64,000 nt of DNA from a virus. Positions 1-9,681 of the stretch are shown one piece after another. The notes below the pieces were generated by a model, which worked only from the letters and a program-made list of their open reading frames with translations, did no database searches and was not told where the DNA came from. How positions within the stretch are numbered: position 1 is the stretch's first letter; each line of letters opens with the position of its first letter. The translations under genes were made by a program, and so were the position numbers. The stretch spans positions 12,196-76,195 of IMG/VR virus record IMGVR_UViG_3300034816_000006. One strand, written 5' to 3'.

Positions 1-1
1 G

Positions 2-850
2 TTCAGTGGCAACCGTGTCCAGCAGTTCGATACCGAGGGCGGCAAGGTCGACAACCTGACCGTCACCGGCAACACGATCGACGGTTCGGGCAGCAACGAC
101 TATGCGATGACCGCGACCGGCGGCAGCGCTACGAATCGATCGAGCGGCTGGACCATCAGCAACAACACGATCAACGGCGGCCTCGAGCTGCTTTGGATCG
201 AGAACACGCTGGTCACGCTCAACCACGGTGTCAACGCGACGACAAAGCCAGCCGTCACGTTGTGGCGAACGACGAATAACATCACGCTGACCGGCAACAG
301 CTTCACGAACACGAACACGGTCCAGGCCAACAACGCGGTCGTCTACATCGCCGGTACCGGCACCGGATCAGCGACGACTGGTTTCGTCGCGCAAGGCAAC
401 GCCTGGACCGCCAACGGTCACCCTTCGATGTTCGGGTACCGGATTAGCGGTGCCGTTAGCATCGAGATCCGCGACGACGTGATCCAGGGCGGCGGAGTCG
501 CGTACCCAGGAGCGGCAGGCATCTGGCTATCAGCTACGAACGGCATCGAGGATTTCCAGCTTGCCAGGATCTGGCACAACACGATCCGCAACTTCGGCGC
601 GTTGGGCATCACCGTGTCGGGCAATAGTACGGCGCGACTCGACGTGCTCGACATCGCCTATAACACGTTCGACGACGGCTCGATGGTTCCGACAATGCGG
701 ACCGCGATGAACGTCGACACGGACCGAGTTCACGCGGCAAAGGACATCCGCATCGTCGGCAATGCGATCAGCGGCGGCTGCACAACGCTGCTCGCATCGA
801 CACCAGTGGGCACGTGGTCGGCATGGGGAGATCGCTGGATGCTACCGTGA
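2..850 (+). CDS. Right-handed beta-helix (pectate-lyase-like) protein, probable tail spike/depolymerase; 5'-truncated by window edge
   Basis: Frame is open from position 2 (FSGNRVQQFDTEGG...). Repeated N/T/G-rich 'ITLTGNSF', 'ISNNTI', 'IAYNTF', 'IVGNAI' beta-helix rungs. Lies just upstream of the lysis genes. Confidence 0.7.
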   Translation, partial: FSGNRVQQFDTEGGKVDNLTVTGNTIDGSGSNDYAMTATGGSATNRSSGWTISNNTINGGLELLWIENTLVTLNHGVNATTKPAVTLWRTTNNITLTGNSFTNTNTVQANNAVVYIAGTGTGSATTGFVAQGNAWTANGHPSMFGYRISGAVSIEIRDDVIQGGGVAYPGAAGIWLSATNGIEDFQLARIWHNTIRNFGALGITVSGNSTARLDVLDIAYNTFDDGSMVPTMRTAMNVDTDRVHAAKDIRIVGNAISGGCTTLLASTPVGTWSAWGDRWMLP

Positions 851-1044
851 ACATCGAGTTCTTCGAGCGTTGCGAGGCCGTCGCGCGCAAGCAGGGTCGC
901 AATCACCGCGAGGACCACAAGGATCGCGAGCGGGATGGTCGGCCACCATGGGATCGGTCGTCGCGGCAGGGTTCGGCGAAGCACGGCGGCGGATCTAGCA
1001 CCGTATGTCGCAATGCGGGATGCCGCGGAACAGGGCACCAGTGA
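847..1044 (+). CDS. Hypothetical protein
   Basis: GTGA overlap with the upstream stop and with the next gene (translational coupling). Confidence 0.45.
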   Translation: MNIEFFERCEAVARKQGRNHREDHKDRERDGRPPWDRSSRQGSAKHGGGSSTVCRNAGCRGTGHQ

Positions 1045-1703
1045 GCAGCAGCGACGATGATGATGACTTCGATCGCCGGCCCACGCCGGACGAGTTCCCG
1101 GCGCCGCGCGTCAGCACGACGGACCGGATCCGGCACAAGAAAACACACCCGCGCGGGACGCCGATCGTCATGAGCGACACGGACCGCGCGCTGGCCGGCC
1201 GCGATCGGCGCACGCCGGTGACCTATGTCAGCGAGGAGCCGACACTGCCGCGCGCCATGTTCAACTTCGACCACGAGGACTACGCGGCGCGCGTCGCCGA
1301 GTTGGCGGCGCAGCTTCGCCGAGCCGGCCTCGATCCGTTCGTGATCGGAGCTGCGCTCTCCATCAAGGTGCACGACGCCAGGGAGCGACAGGAGACCGGC
1401 AAGAAGGAACTCGAGGAACAACTCGAGGCATTCCTCAGAGTCCAGCCCGGCGGCGAAAAGTTCGACGACCTCGCAAAGATCGTCAGCACGCTCCAGCAGC
1501 AACAGCTCGAGCTCGCCCCGGTGCGTCGTGGCCTGCGCTGGCTCCAGGCCTCGGTTGTGCTCGTCGTCGTCGGTATCGGCGGCTGGCTCTACACCCGCGG
1601 CGGCGACGAACGCGAGGTCAAGCTCAAGATCCAGATGCTGGAAAAAGACAACGAGCGACTCGGCCGACTGGTCGAGCGGCTGGAGAACAAGGGAACGCCA
1701 TGA
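1041..1703 (+). CDS. Single-TM coiled-coil protein in lysis region
   Basis: GTGA coupling at 1041. TM segment WLQASVVLVVVGIGGWLY followed by coiled coil KLKIQMLEKDNERLGRLVERLE. Confidence 0.6.
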   Translation: MSSSDDDDDFDRRPTPDEFPAPRVSTTDRIRHKKTHPRGTPIVMSDTDRALAGRDRRTPVTYVSEEPTLPRAMFNFDHEDYAARVAELAAQLRRAGLDPFVIGAALSIKVHDARERQETGKKELEEQLEAFLRVQPGGEKFDDLAKIVSTLQQQQLELAPVRRGLRWLQASVVLVVVGIGGWLYTRGGDEREVKLKIQMLEKDNERLGRLVERLENKGTP

Positions 1704-1828
1704 AGAAGCGACTACTGAAGATCGCCATCCTGATCGCGATGCCACTGGGCGCCGCGCTGTTTTGCGAAGCCTGCACCCGCCTGGGCGAGCTGCGCCACAA
1801 CTCGATCGAAAGGACCGTGACCCGATGA
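1700..1828 (+). CDS. 42-aa membrane peptide (not in ORF track)
   Basis: MKKRLLKIAILIAMPLGAALFCEACTRLGELRHNSIERTVTR; ATGA overlaps at both ends. Confidence 0.55.
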   Translation: MKKRLLKIAILIAMPLGAALFCEACTRLGELRHNSIERTVTR

Positions 1829-2061
1829 AAGCTGTGCTGTACGAGATGCTTACGAGCAAGAAGTTCCTGACCGCGGTGGGCGCCGGAATTGTGTGGGTCG
1901 CCGGTCGCTGGGGGTTCGCTATCGACCCGTCGACCCTGGACCACATCTTCGCCGCGCTGCTGGTCTATGTCGGAGCGCAGGGGGTGGCCGACAACGGCAA
2001 GAGTGCAGCGCTGCTGAACGCGAAGGCTGCCAACGACAACGCGACCAAGGCGGCCGCATGA
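1825..2061 (+). CDS. Holin (78 aa, two TM segments)
   Basis: MKAVLYEMLTSKKFLTAVGAGIVWVAG...FAALLVYVGAQGVAD: 'SKKF' followed by 2 TMs, a typical small holin pattern, near the endolysin. Confidence 0.7.
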   Translation: MKAVLYEMLTSKKFLTAVGAGIVWVAGRWGFAIDPSTLDHIFAALLVYVGAQGVADNGKSAALLNAKAANDNATKAAA

Positions 2062-2456
2062 CCCGCCCGCTCCTCATGGCCTGCCTCGTCGCTCTGGCCG
2101 CGACCTACGGCTGCGCCACCTCGCAGCGCGAGACCACGATCAAGGCGACCTTCCTCGGCCTCGATGCGGCACGCGATAGTTTTTTGGCCTACGACCGCTC
2201 GCACGAGATGTCGCTGACCGCGCACTGCGACCCGGCCGTGGAGTCGCGTGATGCCTGCGTGGCCAAGGTGACCACCTCGACCGCGAAGCTGGCCGAGTAT
2301 CAGGCCTCGCGCGCCAAGATCGATCAGCTGTTCACCGCGGCATTCCGGTCGCTGACCGCTGCGCAGATCCTCGATACTGACCAGAGCATCGCGAGCGCGA
2401 TCGCCGCCGCGTCGCAACTGTTCGCGGCCGTCAAGCCGTTCCTTGGAGGCAAGTGA
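2058..2456 (+). CDS. Lipoprotein, possible spanin-like lysis component
   Basis: Signal peptide with lipobox-like LAATYG-C, helical body, coupled to the holin. Confidence 0.6.
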   Translation: MTRPLLMACLVALAATYGCATSQRETTIKATFLGLDAARDSFLAYDRSHEMSLTAHCDPAVESRDACVAKVTTSTAKLAEYQASRAKIDQLFTAAFRSLTAAQILDTDQSIASAIAAASQLFAAVKPFLGGK

Positions 2457-2746
2457 TGAGCGCCCTGAAAACGATCCGAACCGACATCGCGAAGTATGCC
2501 GACCCGGTGATGCGCGTGCTCGAACTCGTGCAGTCGCTGACCGGCGTTGGCGGCCCGAAGACTGCCGCTGCGCTCGAGGTGGTCGCCGCGGCGATGAAGA
2601 CGCTGGAGCAGGGCGTCGTCGACAAGCTGACACCCGCGATGATCCTCGCCAACCTCGACGCGCTGACCGCGGGCGAGGCAGCGGACGATGCGGCTGCGGC
2701 GGCGGCGAATGCGGCGGAGCTGGCGAAGTATCCAGGGGGTGCGTGA
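2453..2746 (+). CDS. Hypothetical helical protein (lysis region)
   Basis: Coupled ORF, Ala-rich amphipathic helices. Confidence 0.55.
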   Translation: MMSALKTIRTDIAKYADPVMRVLELVQSLTGVGGPKTAAALEVVAAAMKTLEQGVVDKLTPAMILANLDALTAGEAADDAAAAAANAAELAKYPGGA

Positions 2747-3006
2747 TGGACGGGACGACGAATCCGGGTCCGGGCGTGTTCGATGTCAGCTTCGTCACTG
2801 GCGGCGTCTCGGCCACCGTGTGCAACTGCTGCAAGCCGTGGGCGACGTTCGGTCCACCGATGACGATCGCATGCGCGCCGATGCCGACGTTTCAGACGAT
2901 TACCACGATGCTCGGTGCCGCGCCGCCGGAGGCCAGGATCTCCGACGCCGATGTTGACCGCATCGCGCGCCGCCTCGCCGAGATCTTGAGCGAGAGCAAG
3001 CCGTGA
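2746..3006 (+). CDS. Hypothetical protein
   Basis: TGATG overlap at 2744-2748; MDGTTNPGPG... Confidence 0.45.
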   Translation: MDGTTNPGPGVFDVSFVTGGVSATVCNCCKPWATFGPPMTIACAPMPTFQTITTMLGAAPPEARISDADVDRIARRLAEILSESKP

Positions 3007-3040
3007 TCTGCACCTGCAGACCTAACGATCTCTGCGCGGC

Positions 3041-3775
3041 ATGCAGGGCGCGGCTGTGAGCGACGATCGCCCAGCCCAAGGCCCGCGTTGGGTCGAAGGC
3101 TGGTGGTCGCTCGCACACCGCCGCCCCGCGCACCCCGGTCGCGTCGGCGGTCCCATCAAGCCGTTCGGCGCCGTTATCCACACCACCGACATGCTACCCG
3201 ACGAATGGGACGCGCTCGTGGCCAGCTGGACCGGCAAGGTAGCTGACGGGGCCTGCGCCAACTTCCTGATCGGTCGCACACCGGAGCATGGTGTCCTGCA
3301 ACTGATCCCGATCACGCGAAACGGGAACCACGCAGGTGGCCCCTGGCATGGCGTGTACCGCGCGCCGGGGCTGCCGGACATGCACCCGAACTCGGTCGCG
3401 GTTGGCATCGAGGTGCACTGCGCCGGCGGGGTGCGGCTGATCAACGGCCAGTGGCGACTCGTCGAGGACGGAATACCGCGCGGTGCGGCGCTGCCACCAG
3501 AGGACGTCACGCTCGATCCGCAGCGCCCGGGGCGCGGCTGGCACCATGCGACCGACTACCAGCGCGAGCGACTCGGCGCGCTGCTGGATGACCTCGAGCC
3601 GTGCCTGGCACCGGTCCCGCCCGGTACGGTCAAGGTCGCGTTCGGCGAGACGCCACCAGCGTACGCGGTGATTCCGGGCGCGCGGTGGGCCACACATGCC
3701 GAACTGGATCCTCGGCGGAGAGCCGATCCTTGGCCGGAGTTGAGCGGGTGGCTGCGGGCCCGGGCGACGCGGTAG
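3041..3775 (+). CDS. Endolysin, N-acetylmuramoyl-L-alanine amidase (Amidase_2 type); start may be GTG 3056
   Basis: Motifs AVIHTT, GNHAG, NSVAVGIEV and HAELDPRRRADP (Zn ligands H...H...D). Confidence 0.85.
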   Translation: MQGAAVSDDRPAQGPRWVEGWWSLAHRRPAHPGRVGGPIKPFGAVIHTTDMLPDEWDALVASWTGKVADGACANFLIGRTPEHGVLQLIPITRNGNHAGGPWHGVYRAPGLPDMHPNSVAVGIEVHCAGGVRLINGQWRLVEDGIPRGAALPPEDVTLDPQRPGRGWHHATDYQRERLGALLDDLEPCLAPVPPGTVKVAFGETPPAYAVIPGARWATHAELDPRRRADPWPELSGWLRARATR

Positions 3776-3784
3776 ACGTCACAG

Positions 3785-4009
3785 TTAATCGCCGTACTCC
3801 GGGAACACCCGCCGCGCCTCGGCCTCCGCCAGATCGCGCAGCCACGCCGAGACCGGGTACGTGCTGGCCCTAAACGCGCATCCTTCCCACGCCGTCAGCT
3901 GGCGCTCGGTCACCCGGACGTGGACGATGCGATTGCGCGTCGGCAGCCCAGTCGGCTTGCGACCTGCACCCTTGCGCTTGCCCCCGACCTTGGAGCGGCG
4001 GCGGGTCAC
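3785..4009 (-). CDS. Small DNA-binding protein (GGxRxGAGRKP motif plus ribbon-helix-helix-like domain)
   Basis: GGKRKGAGRKP...IVHVRVT...VSAWLRDLA; coupled to 4006..4254. Confidence 0.7.
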   Translation of the reverse strand: MTRRRSKVGGKRKGAGRKPTGLPTRNRIVHVRVTERQLTAWEGCAFRASTYPVSAWLRDLAEAEARRVFPEYGD

Positions 4010-4254
4010 GATGCCTCGCAGAACGCCGACCACCAGTCCGAGCCGATCTCCTGTGCGAGGTCCTGGTTCGGCTCGCCGTCGACGAACATACGGGTCGAGC
4101 CCTGGGCCGTCGATATCTCGACGTGTGCGTTCGGATGCTGGCGGTGCAACTCGGCGAGGACGTAGTTCTCGAACAGGTCGTCGGCATTCGGGAAATCGTC
4201 GCCTTCGTAGGCGGAGAGCGTCACGTGGATTTTGCGGGGAGAGTTCGTCGTCAT
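4006..4254 (-). CDS. Small acidic hypothetical protein (first gene of a two-gene cassette)
   Basis: MTTNSPRKIHVTLSAYEGDD...; ATG lies 6 nt after a -10 box. Confidence 0.7.
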   Translation of the reverse strand: MTTNSPRKIHVTLSAYEGDDFPNADDLFENYVLAELHRQHPNAHVEISTAQGSTRMFVDGEPNQDLAQEIGSDWWSAFCEAS

Positions 4255-4290
4255 GTGATTACTGTATACGATAATCACAGGAACGCAAGC
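4254..4290 (-). promoter_or_regulatory. Sigma70-type leaderless promoter overlapped by an inverted-repeat operator
   Basis: TTGCGT(4288-4283)-N16-TACAGT(4266-4261)-N6-ATG; inverted repeat TGTGATTA(4254-4261)-N10-TAATCACA(4272-4279). Confidence 0.7.
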
Positions 4291-4309
4291 CCGTCTATTC
4301 GGAGACGGG
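4290..4309. terminator. Stem-loop at end of the leftward early region (possible terminator)
   Basis: CCCGTCT-attcgg-AGACGGG just after the stop of 4320..4622; lacks a strong U tract. Confidence 0.35.
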
Positions 4310-4319
4310 ACTTACGGTG

Positions 4320-4622
4320 CTAACTATCTAGTACCCGCTCGCTCTCCCCGATCATCTCCAGGCCAGCCCAGCGGGTCTCACCCTCGGTGACCAGGATCCT
4401 TGCGCCCATGACATGCACGCTCGTCACCGCCTCGATCGCAGCGTCCAGTAGGTCCTCTGCCCGCGTCGGCTCGGCCATCCAGTAGCTGCCTCTGGGCAAG
4501 GCGTAGAGCTGCTCCACGCGCTCGTCCCTGCGCGGGATGTGGCGCATGAAGCCCCGCGCTGACATCGCCTCGTCGAGGTCCGTGTAGTCGTCGACCGGCA
4601 GCACCACCCGCACGAGGCCCAT
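4320..4622 (-). CDS. GhoS/DUF2622-like (Cas2-fold) small protein
   Basis: Pattern VRVVL...DYTDLDEAMSARGFMRHI...YALPRGSY resembles the DUF2622/GhoS family as recalled. Confidence 0.5.
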   Translation of the reverse strand: MGLVRVVLPVDDYTDLDEAMSARGFMRHIPRRDERVEQLYALPRGSYWMAEPTRAEDLLDAAIEAVTSVHVMGARILVTEGETRWAGLEMIGESERVLDS

Positions 4623-4713
4623 GCGGCGAGGGTTGTCCGGATGGGGCGCTGGTGGTGTAGCGTTGCGGCGGTGGAATTGCTGACAGGTGTTGACAGGGCA
4701 GGAGTTGCCGGGG

Positions 4714-7700
4714 CTAGGTGCGGACCGCCGACCACCAGCGCGCAATCCTGGCCCACACGGTGGGGCGCTCGATGGTGGCGACCGGCAGCGGCGCGGTCAG
4801 CGGGTCACCGTTGCAGTCGACCTCGACACCGACCAGCTTGCCGTCGATGTGCACGACATCGCCGCGCTGGTTGACGCTATGCCGACCGCGGTAGATCACG
4901 TCGCCGAACTGGACCATGACCCTGCGATCGTCGTCGCTCATCGCCTCACCTTCCCCGCCGGCGCCAGCATCGCGGCCTTGAGCGCGTCGATGCGAGACTG
5001 CGAGAAGCCGTCGGGGCGGGGCGTGCCGTACTCGGCGCGCAGTCGGTCGTATGTGGCCTGACCTTCGGCGCTGAGCCCGCGCACTGGCTCCGTGGCCGCC
5101 CGCTGATCGGCCTTGAAACGCTCAACCTCGCGCACGGCCAAGCGGATGGCGAGGCTCTCAGGCTTGACGTCGCAGTGGGCGATGGGCGGGATGCGGCGGA
5201 GGATCGCTCCGAATAGACCGAAGATAATGCCACGACCAACACGAGTTCCAAGGCCGCACCGAGCGACGTTGATCTCCGCGTGGATTTCATCGAGAGATAC
5301 CAGCCTGCCCTCGACCCAGTTCTCTGGTTTGTCATGCGGCCCGACACCATACTCCCACCGGACCAGATCGCCCGGAACGAAGCATCTCGCCTCATGCTCT
5401 CGCGCCGCCGCGTCCAGATCCTCGCCCTCGAACGGGACGTTGCAGCGGGCGCAGGTGGTGCGGGTGACTGCGTCATCTTCGTCGTCGCCGTTCAGGTCAA
5501 GTCGATACTCGTCGCTCATTCTGTCTCCTTGCCGGATTGTACACCGTCGGCGAGGGCACGGAGACGGTAGAGCGGAACCTCGTGCTCCTCCACGTCTACC
5601 AATTCCTCGATCAGGTCGCACGCCTCGCGCAATCCGCTCTCGAGCGCGGAGATGCGATTTTCCATCATGTCGTAATCATGCACAGCCTCGGCAGCACCGG
5701 AGCGCGCGAGGTTCGCTGCAGATCGCAGCCGCTCCAAGTCCAGGTCCTGCTGCTCGAGCACGAGCTGCGTCTCGGCGAGATCACGCTCGTTGTTCGCGAG
5801 GCGGTCGACGACGGACTGAAGGCGCGAGACTTCGTTCAGCAGGTCGGCCATCGCTTGCTTGTGGTAGCCGATGGCGGCGTCGCGCAGCTTCGCAATATCG
5901 GCCAGGCGCGCGGGCGAGAGCGGAGCTGCGGTCATGGCTTGGGCTCCAGAATCATGTCGATGCGATCGATGTGGGCGAGATGGTTCCAGTCTTCGTTGAG
6001 GCGATCGTCGAGCTCTCCTCGCCACTTGGTGAGCCCTGACGGCAGCCGCTCGTTCTCCGCCAGCGCCGCCTCGAGCTGGTCGGCGAGGTCCAGATTGTTC
6101 TTGCGGCACCGGATGGTCGCCAGTGCTATGTCGCGACGTGACTGTTTGTCGTCAGCGAGGCATACGTCATGCGGACCGGCAAAGTGCGCCTCGATGCGCG
6201 CGATCGTGGCCGCATCCTCCCTCGCCTTGCTCACCAACCTGGCGCAGAGCGCGGGGTCGAGGGTGGTCATGGGGCCACCTTGGTGAGCGCGCGGTCCAGT
6301 GCCTCGCCGCGTCCGGTCTCGATCTCGTCGCGCGTCATTCCGGCTCGATATCGCAGCGCAGCAGCCGCGATCTCCAGGAGCACGGGCGCGGCGTTGCGGA
6401 GGGCGACAACGCTGGAGATGTTGTCTAGCCAGCCAACATCTGGCAGTGCTTGCTCGATGCGCTGCAGCTCCGCGATGCTGGGGCGGGTCATGGTTTGGCC
6501 GTCCCCGCCACGATCTCGTCTGCGAGCTCCTTGGTCGTGTCGTAGCCGTCTACCTTGTACTTCAGGTAGTCCAGCGCGGCACGAAGACGCTCCACCTCGT
6601 CATCGGCGTCGCACCTCGTGTCGAAGTGGTCCGAGATGACGTGCAGCAAGCGCTGGAGGCAGTCGCTGGCCTTGTCAAGGCGGAACGTGATGCTCGGCGG
6701 GTTGCCGCCATACGAACACGACGCGAATGGGACCTCGAACGTGAACGAGGCCAGCCCGCTCGACTTGAAATCGCCGGTGCCATCGCCGTCCCTGAGCCGG
6801 CGGTATAGCGCGGCGTTGCGTTGGCGCTGCTTGATGGTCGCGTCGCCGCCGATCGCGATGGCCGGGGCGTAGTGCATGTTGTCGGTCTCGTCGCTCATCT
6901 CGGTCCTTTCGTTCGTGCGGTCAGTCGCATCGCGGCTTGCTATCGGTGTACATGTGGCCTCCGATCCCGCAGTCGACCAACGGCCTGCCGGGCGAAGGGT
7001 TTGGACACTGGCGCCATGTCCGGAACGTCCGGACGAATACCGGATCGTCAGCCGGCGGCATGTCGTACGGGTCGCCGCAGTTGGCGCAATACGCGTCGAC
7101 TATGGCGCCGCGATCCTCGTCGCCCGGGTCATGGTTGAGTCGGTCCTTCACGGCACAACCCTCAGCGGATTCTCACACGTCCCATCACCCGCGATCCGCA
7201 CCTGTTCCGCGCGGTCCATGGCGATCTGAACCTCGAGCGCGAGCGGGCATACTCGGCGCTCGCGTAGCTGCTGCAGGCGCGACTCGGCGGCGGTGTCCTG
7301 CGCCTGGATCAGGTAGCCCGCGTAGAGCAGCGCCGGGGACAGGAAGATCGCGAGGTACAGCGCCATCGCGACGATGTCGACGAGGCGAGACGGTGGGCTC
7401 GGTGCCTCTGGCGGCGGGGTGATGACGGAACGGTGGAGGGTCATGGGCGCCTCGTGGTCATGAGAAGTTCGGCGGTTTCTGACGGAGATAGCGTGCCCAT
7501 CATCGAGTGCGGACACATCGCCTCGCGGCAGCTACATACCGGCGGATGCTTCGCCTGGGCACGCGCGATCCGATGCAGATCGCGCGCGAGGTCGGGATCT
7601 CCGGCCGATCGGCTGCAATGGCCTTCGGCTTGCTGTACTTCGCCAAGATGCGTTCCTCAGCCTCTCGAAGTTCGGCGAGGCATGCGACGAGATCGCGGGC

Positions 7701-8218
7701 CTCCTCGGGCTTGTCACACAGGACCGCGACGCCTCGTATCATAATGGTGAACGCCATCTCATCGGTCTCCTTGCTGGTGAATACGAGGGGAAGGCGGACG
7801 CCGACAACCCTCGCAACTTTCGTGATCGTTTCGCTTCTGGTGTGGGGTGCGCGATGTCGCGCATCGCGGATCAAGACTTCCTTCGCTTGAGGATCCCGCG
7901 TTGCTCGCGGAGTTCATCGGCGGCCTCGGCGTACCGCTTGGCCTGCTCCTCGATCGCGCGCGTGTGCTCGCGCAGGCACCACGCCTCGTTGTCCTTCCCA
8001 TCGGCGAACAGCTTGCCGACGGCCGCCTTGAGGGAGAGGACGGCCGCGCCGGCGCCGTCATGCCGGCCGATCGCCGAGGCCAGCGCGTGCGTCTCGCCTA
8101 GACACGTTTCGCAGTGCAGGTAGAAGCCGTGCCGGCATTTCTCGGGCGGGCCTCCTTCGCCGACCTCGGCTACGATCTCGTCGAAGAAGCTAGGGGCGGG
8201 ATGCTTCGCCTTGGTCAC
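4714..8218 (-). CDS. Run of ~10 mostly coupled small early hypothetical genes (4714-4941, 4938-5519, 5516-5935, 5932-6270, 6267-6491, 6488-6898, 6921-7151, 7148-7444 TM, 7500-7757, 7871-8218)
   Basis: ATGA/GTGA overlaps chain most of the minus-strand ORFs; plus-strand ORFs here look like shadows. Confidence 0.6.
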
Positions 8219-8244
8219 GAAGGCACCGCTCCACGCGAGGTGCC

Positions 8245-8445
8245 CCGGGAGACAGCCGGGAGACAGCGGCCATCAGCGTCTGCAACCGGCCGCGACTGTT
8301 CAGATCCTGGGTCGGCTACGCGATGTTCTTGTTCGTCTTGCTGTGTCATGTTCTCGACATCCCTTGATGTACGCATCGTCTGCAACGTTGGCAACGGCAT
8401 ATCACCCTCGACGGGGCCCTGAATTCGGGAGACGGACGGGAGACG
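8245..8445. other. Probable attP: paired integrase arm-type sites
   Basis: CGGGAGAC direct-repeat pairs with 11-bp period at 8246/8257 and 8426/8437, flanking ~160 bp at the 3' end of int. Confidence 0.6.
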
Positions 8446-9511
8446 CTGCCATATCGCTCGGCATCCGGAACTTCACCCGGCCGTAGTCCTTCTCGAAGGT
8501 GTCCGGCCTGAGGTGCGCGTAGGTCCGCTCGGTGATGGTCACGCTCGAGTGCCCAAGGATACGCGAAAGGTCGAAGATATCGCCACCGTCGATCAGCCAC
8601 AGCGACGCGAAGCTGTGGCGCAGGTCGTGGACCCGCATGCGCTCGTCGAGTTCCGCATGCTCGACCGCGCGCTTGAACGGCTTCCATACCGACGGCTGCG
8701 ACAGCGGCCTACCCGGTCGCCCGCCGGGCCACAGCAGCACGTTGCGGCCGCGCTGCAGACGCATCTCGCGAAGCACTGGAAGCAGAGCATCGAGGATCGG
8801 GACCCACCGGAGCTTGCCGGACTTCGTCATTCCGCGGCGCCCTCGGTGTACCGCGATCAGCCGGTGCTCGAGATCGATGTCGTCCCAGTGCAGGTGGAGC
8901 GCCTCGTCGAGGCGCATGCCAGTGCCGACCAGCACGGCGACGATTGTGCGGATGTTCGGCGTGCATTCGGAGAGCAGCCGCGTCACCTGCTCCAGCGACT
9001 GCAGCCATGGAAACACCTTGGCTGGTCGCACGAGCATCTTCACGCGGTGGCACGGGTTGCCGGCGATCCACTGCTGATCGACGAACCATGTGAACGCGCT
9101 GGACAGCGTGCCGACAAGGGCGTTAACGAACGATGCAGACACGGTTGCGCTGATCCTGTCGCGCCAGCGGACCACCTCGAGCTTGCGGATCTTGACGATC
9201 GGCACCGAGCCGAATTCAACCGCGAGATGGTTTCGCACGCGGCTCTCGTACTCGTCCCATGATCGGGATCCGGCTTCGCGTAGCGCCTTGATCCATGCCT
9301 CGGCAGCGACCGAGAACGTGCGCTCGATGTCGACGTCAGACGGCAGTTCGCCGCTCACGATCTTCCGCTGCGTCGTGCGGAAGTCCTCGTCTATCGCGAT
9401 GGCCTCGCGCTTCGATGCGTACGAGCCGACGTAGACCTTCTTGTCGCGACCAGCGCGACGACCATAGACCTGGTAGCGGACGCCTTCGACCCTGCGAACC
9501 GTCTTGATCAT
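8402..9511 (-). CDS. int: Tyrosine integrase
   Basis: Catalytic motifs TGMRLDE, TKSGK, HDLRHSFAS, LGHSS and TYAH. Confidence 0.95.
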   Translation of the reverse strand: MIKTVRRVEGVRYQVYGRRAGRDKKVYVGSYASKREAIAIDEDFRTTQRKIVSGELPSDVDIERTFSVAAEAWIKALREAGSRSWDEYESRVRNHLAVEFGSVPIVKIRKLEVVRWRDRISATVSASFVNALVGTLSSAFTWFVDQQWIAGNPCHRVKMLVRPAKVFPWLQSLEQVTRLLSECTPNIRTIVAVLVGTGMRLDEALHLHWDDIDLEHRLIAVHRGRRGMTKSGKLRWVPILDALLPVLREMRLQRGRNVLLWPGGRPGRPLSQPSVWKPFKRAVEHAELDERMRVHDLRHSFASLWLIDGGDIFDLSRILGHSSVTITERTYAHLRPDTFEKDYGRVKFRMPSDMAASPVRLPNSGPRRG

Positions 9512-9681
9512 GGCGAGAACCTACACGACTCGATCCAGCGATCGAGCTCGGCTTCGTCAAACTTCACCACGCGCGGGCCCAATCGGATGTGCGGTACCCG
9601 CTTGCGGCTCACCATGGCGCGCAGCGTGCCGACCGGAACGGCCAACTTCGCCGCGGCCTGTGTGTAGCTGAGAAGGGTCAC
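9508..9681 (-). CDS. xis: Excisionase-like HTH_17 protein
   Basis: LLSYTQAAAKLAVPVGTLRAMV...HIRLGPRVVKFDEAELDRWI; immediately upstream of int. Confidence 0.8.
   Translation of the reverse strand: MTLLSYTQAAAKLAVPVGTLRAMVSRKRVPHIRLGPRVVKFDEAELDRWIESCRFSP

Noticed and set aside
4678-4700. TGACAGG direct repeat as att arm sites
   Set aside because: Only one pair, far from int; the 8245-8445 arrangement fits attP better. It may be a minor regulatory site.
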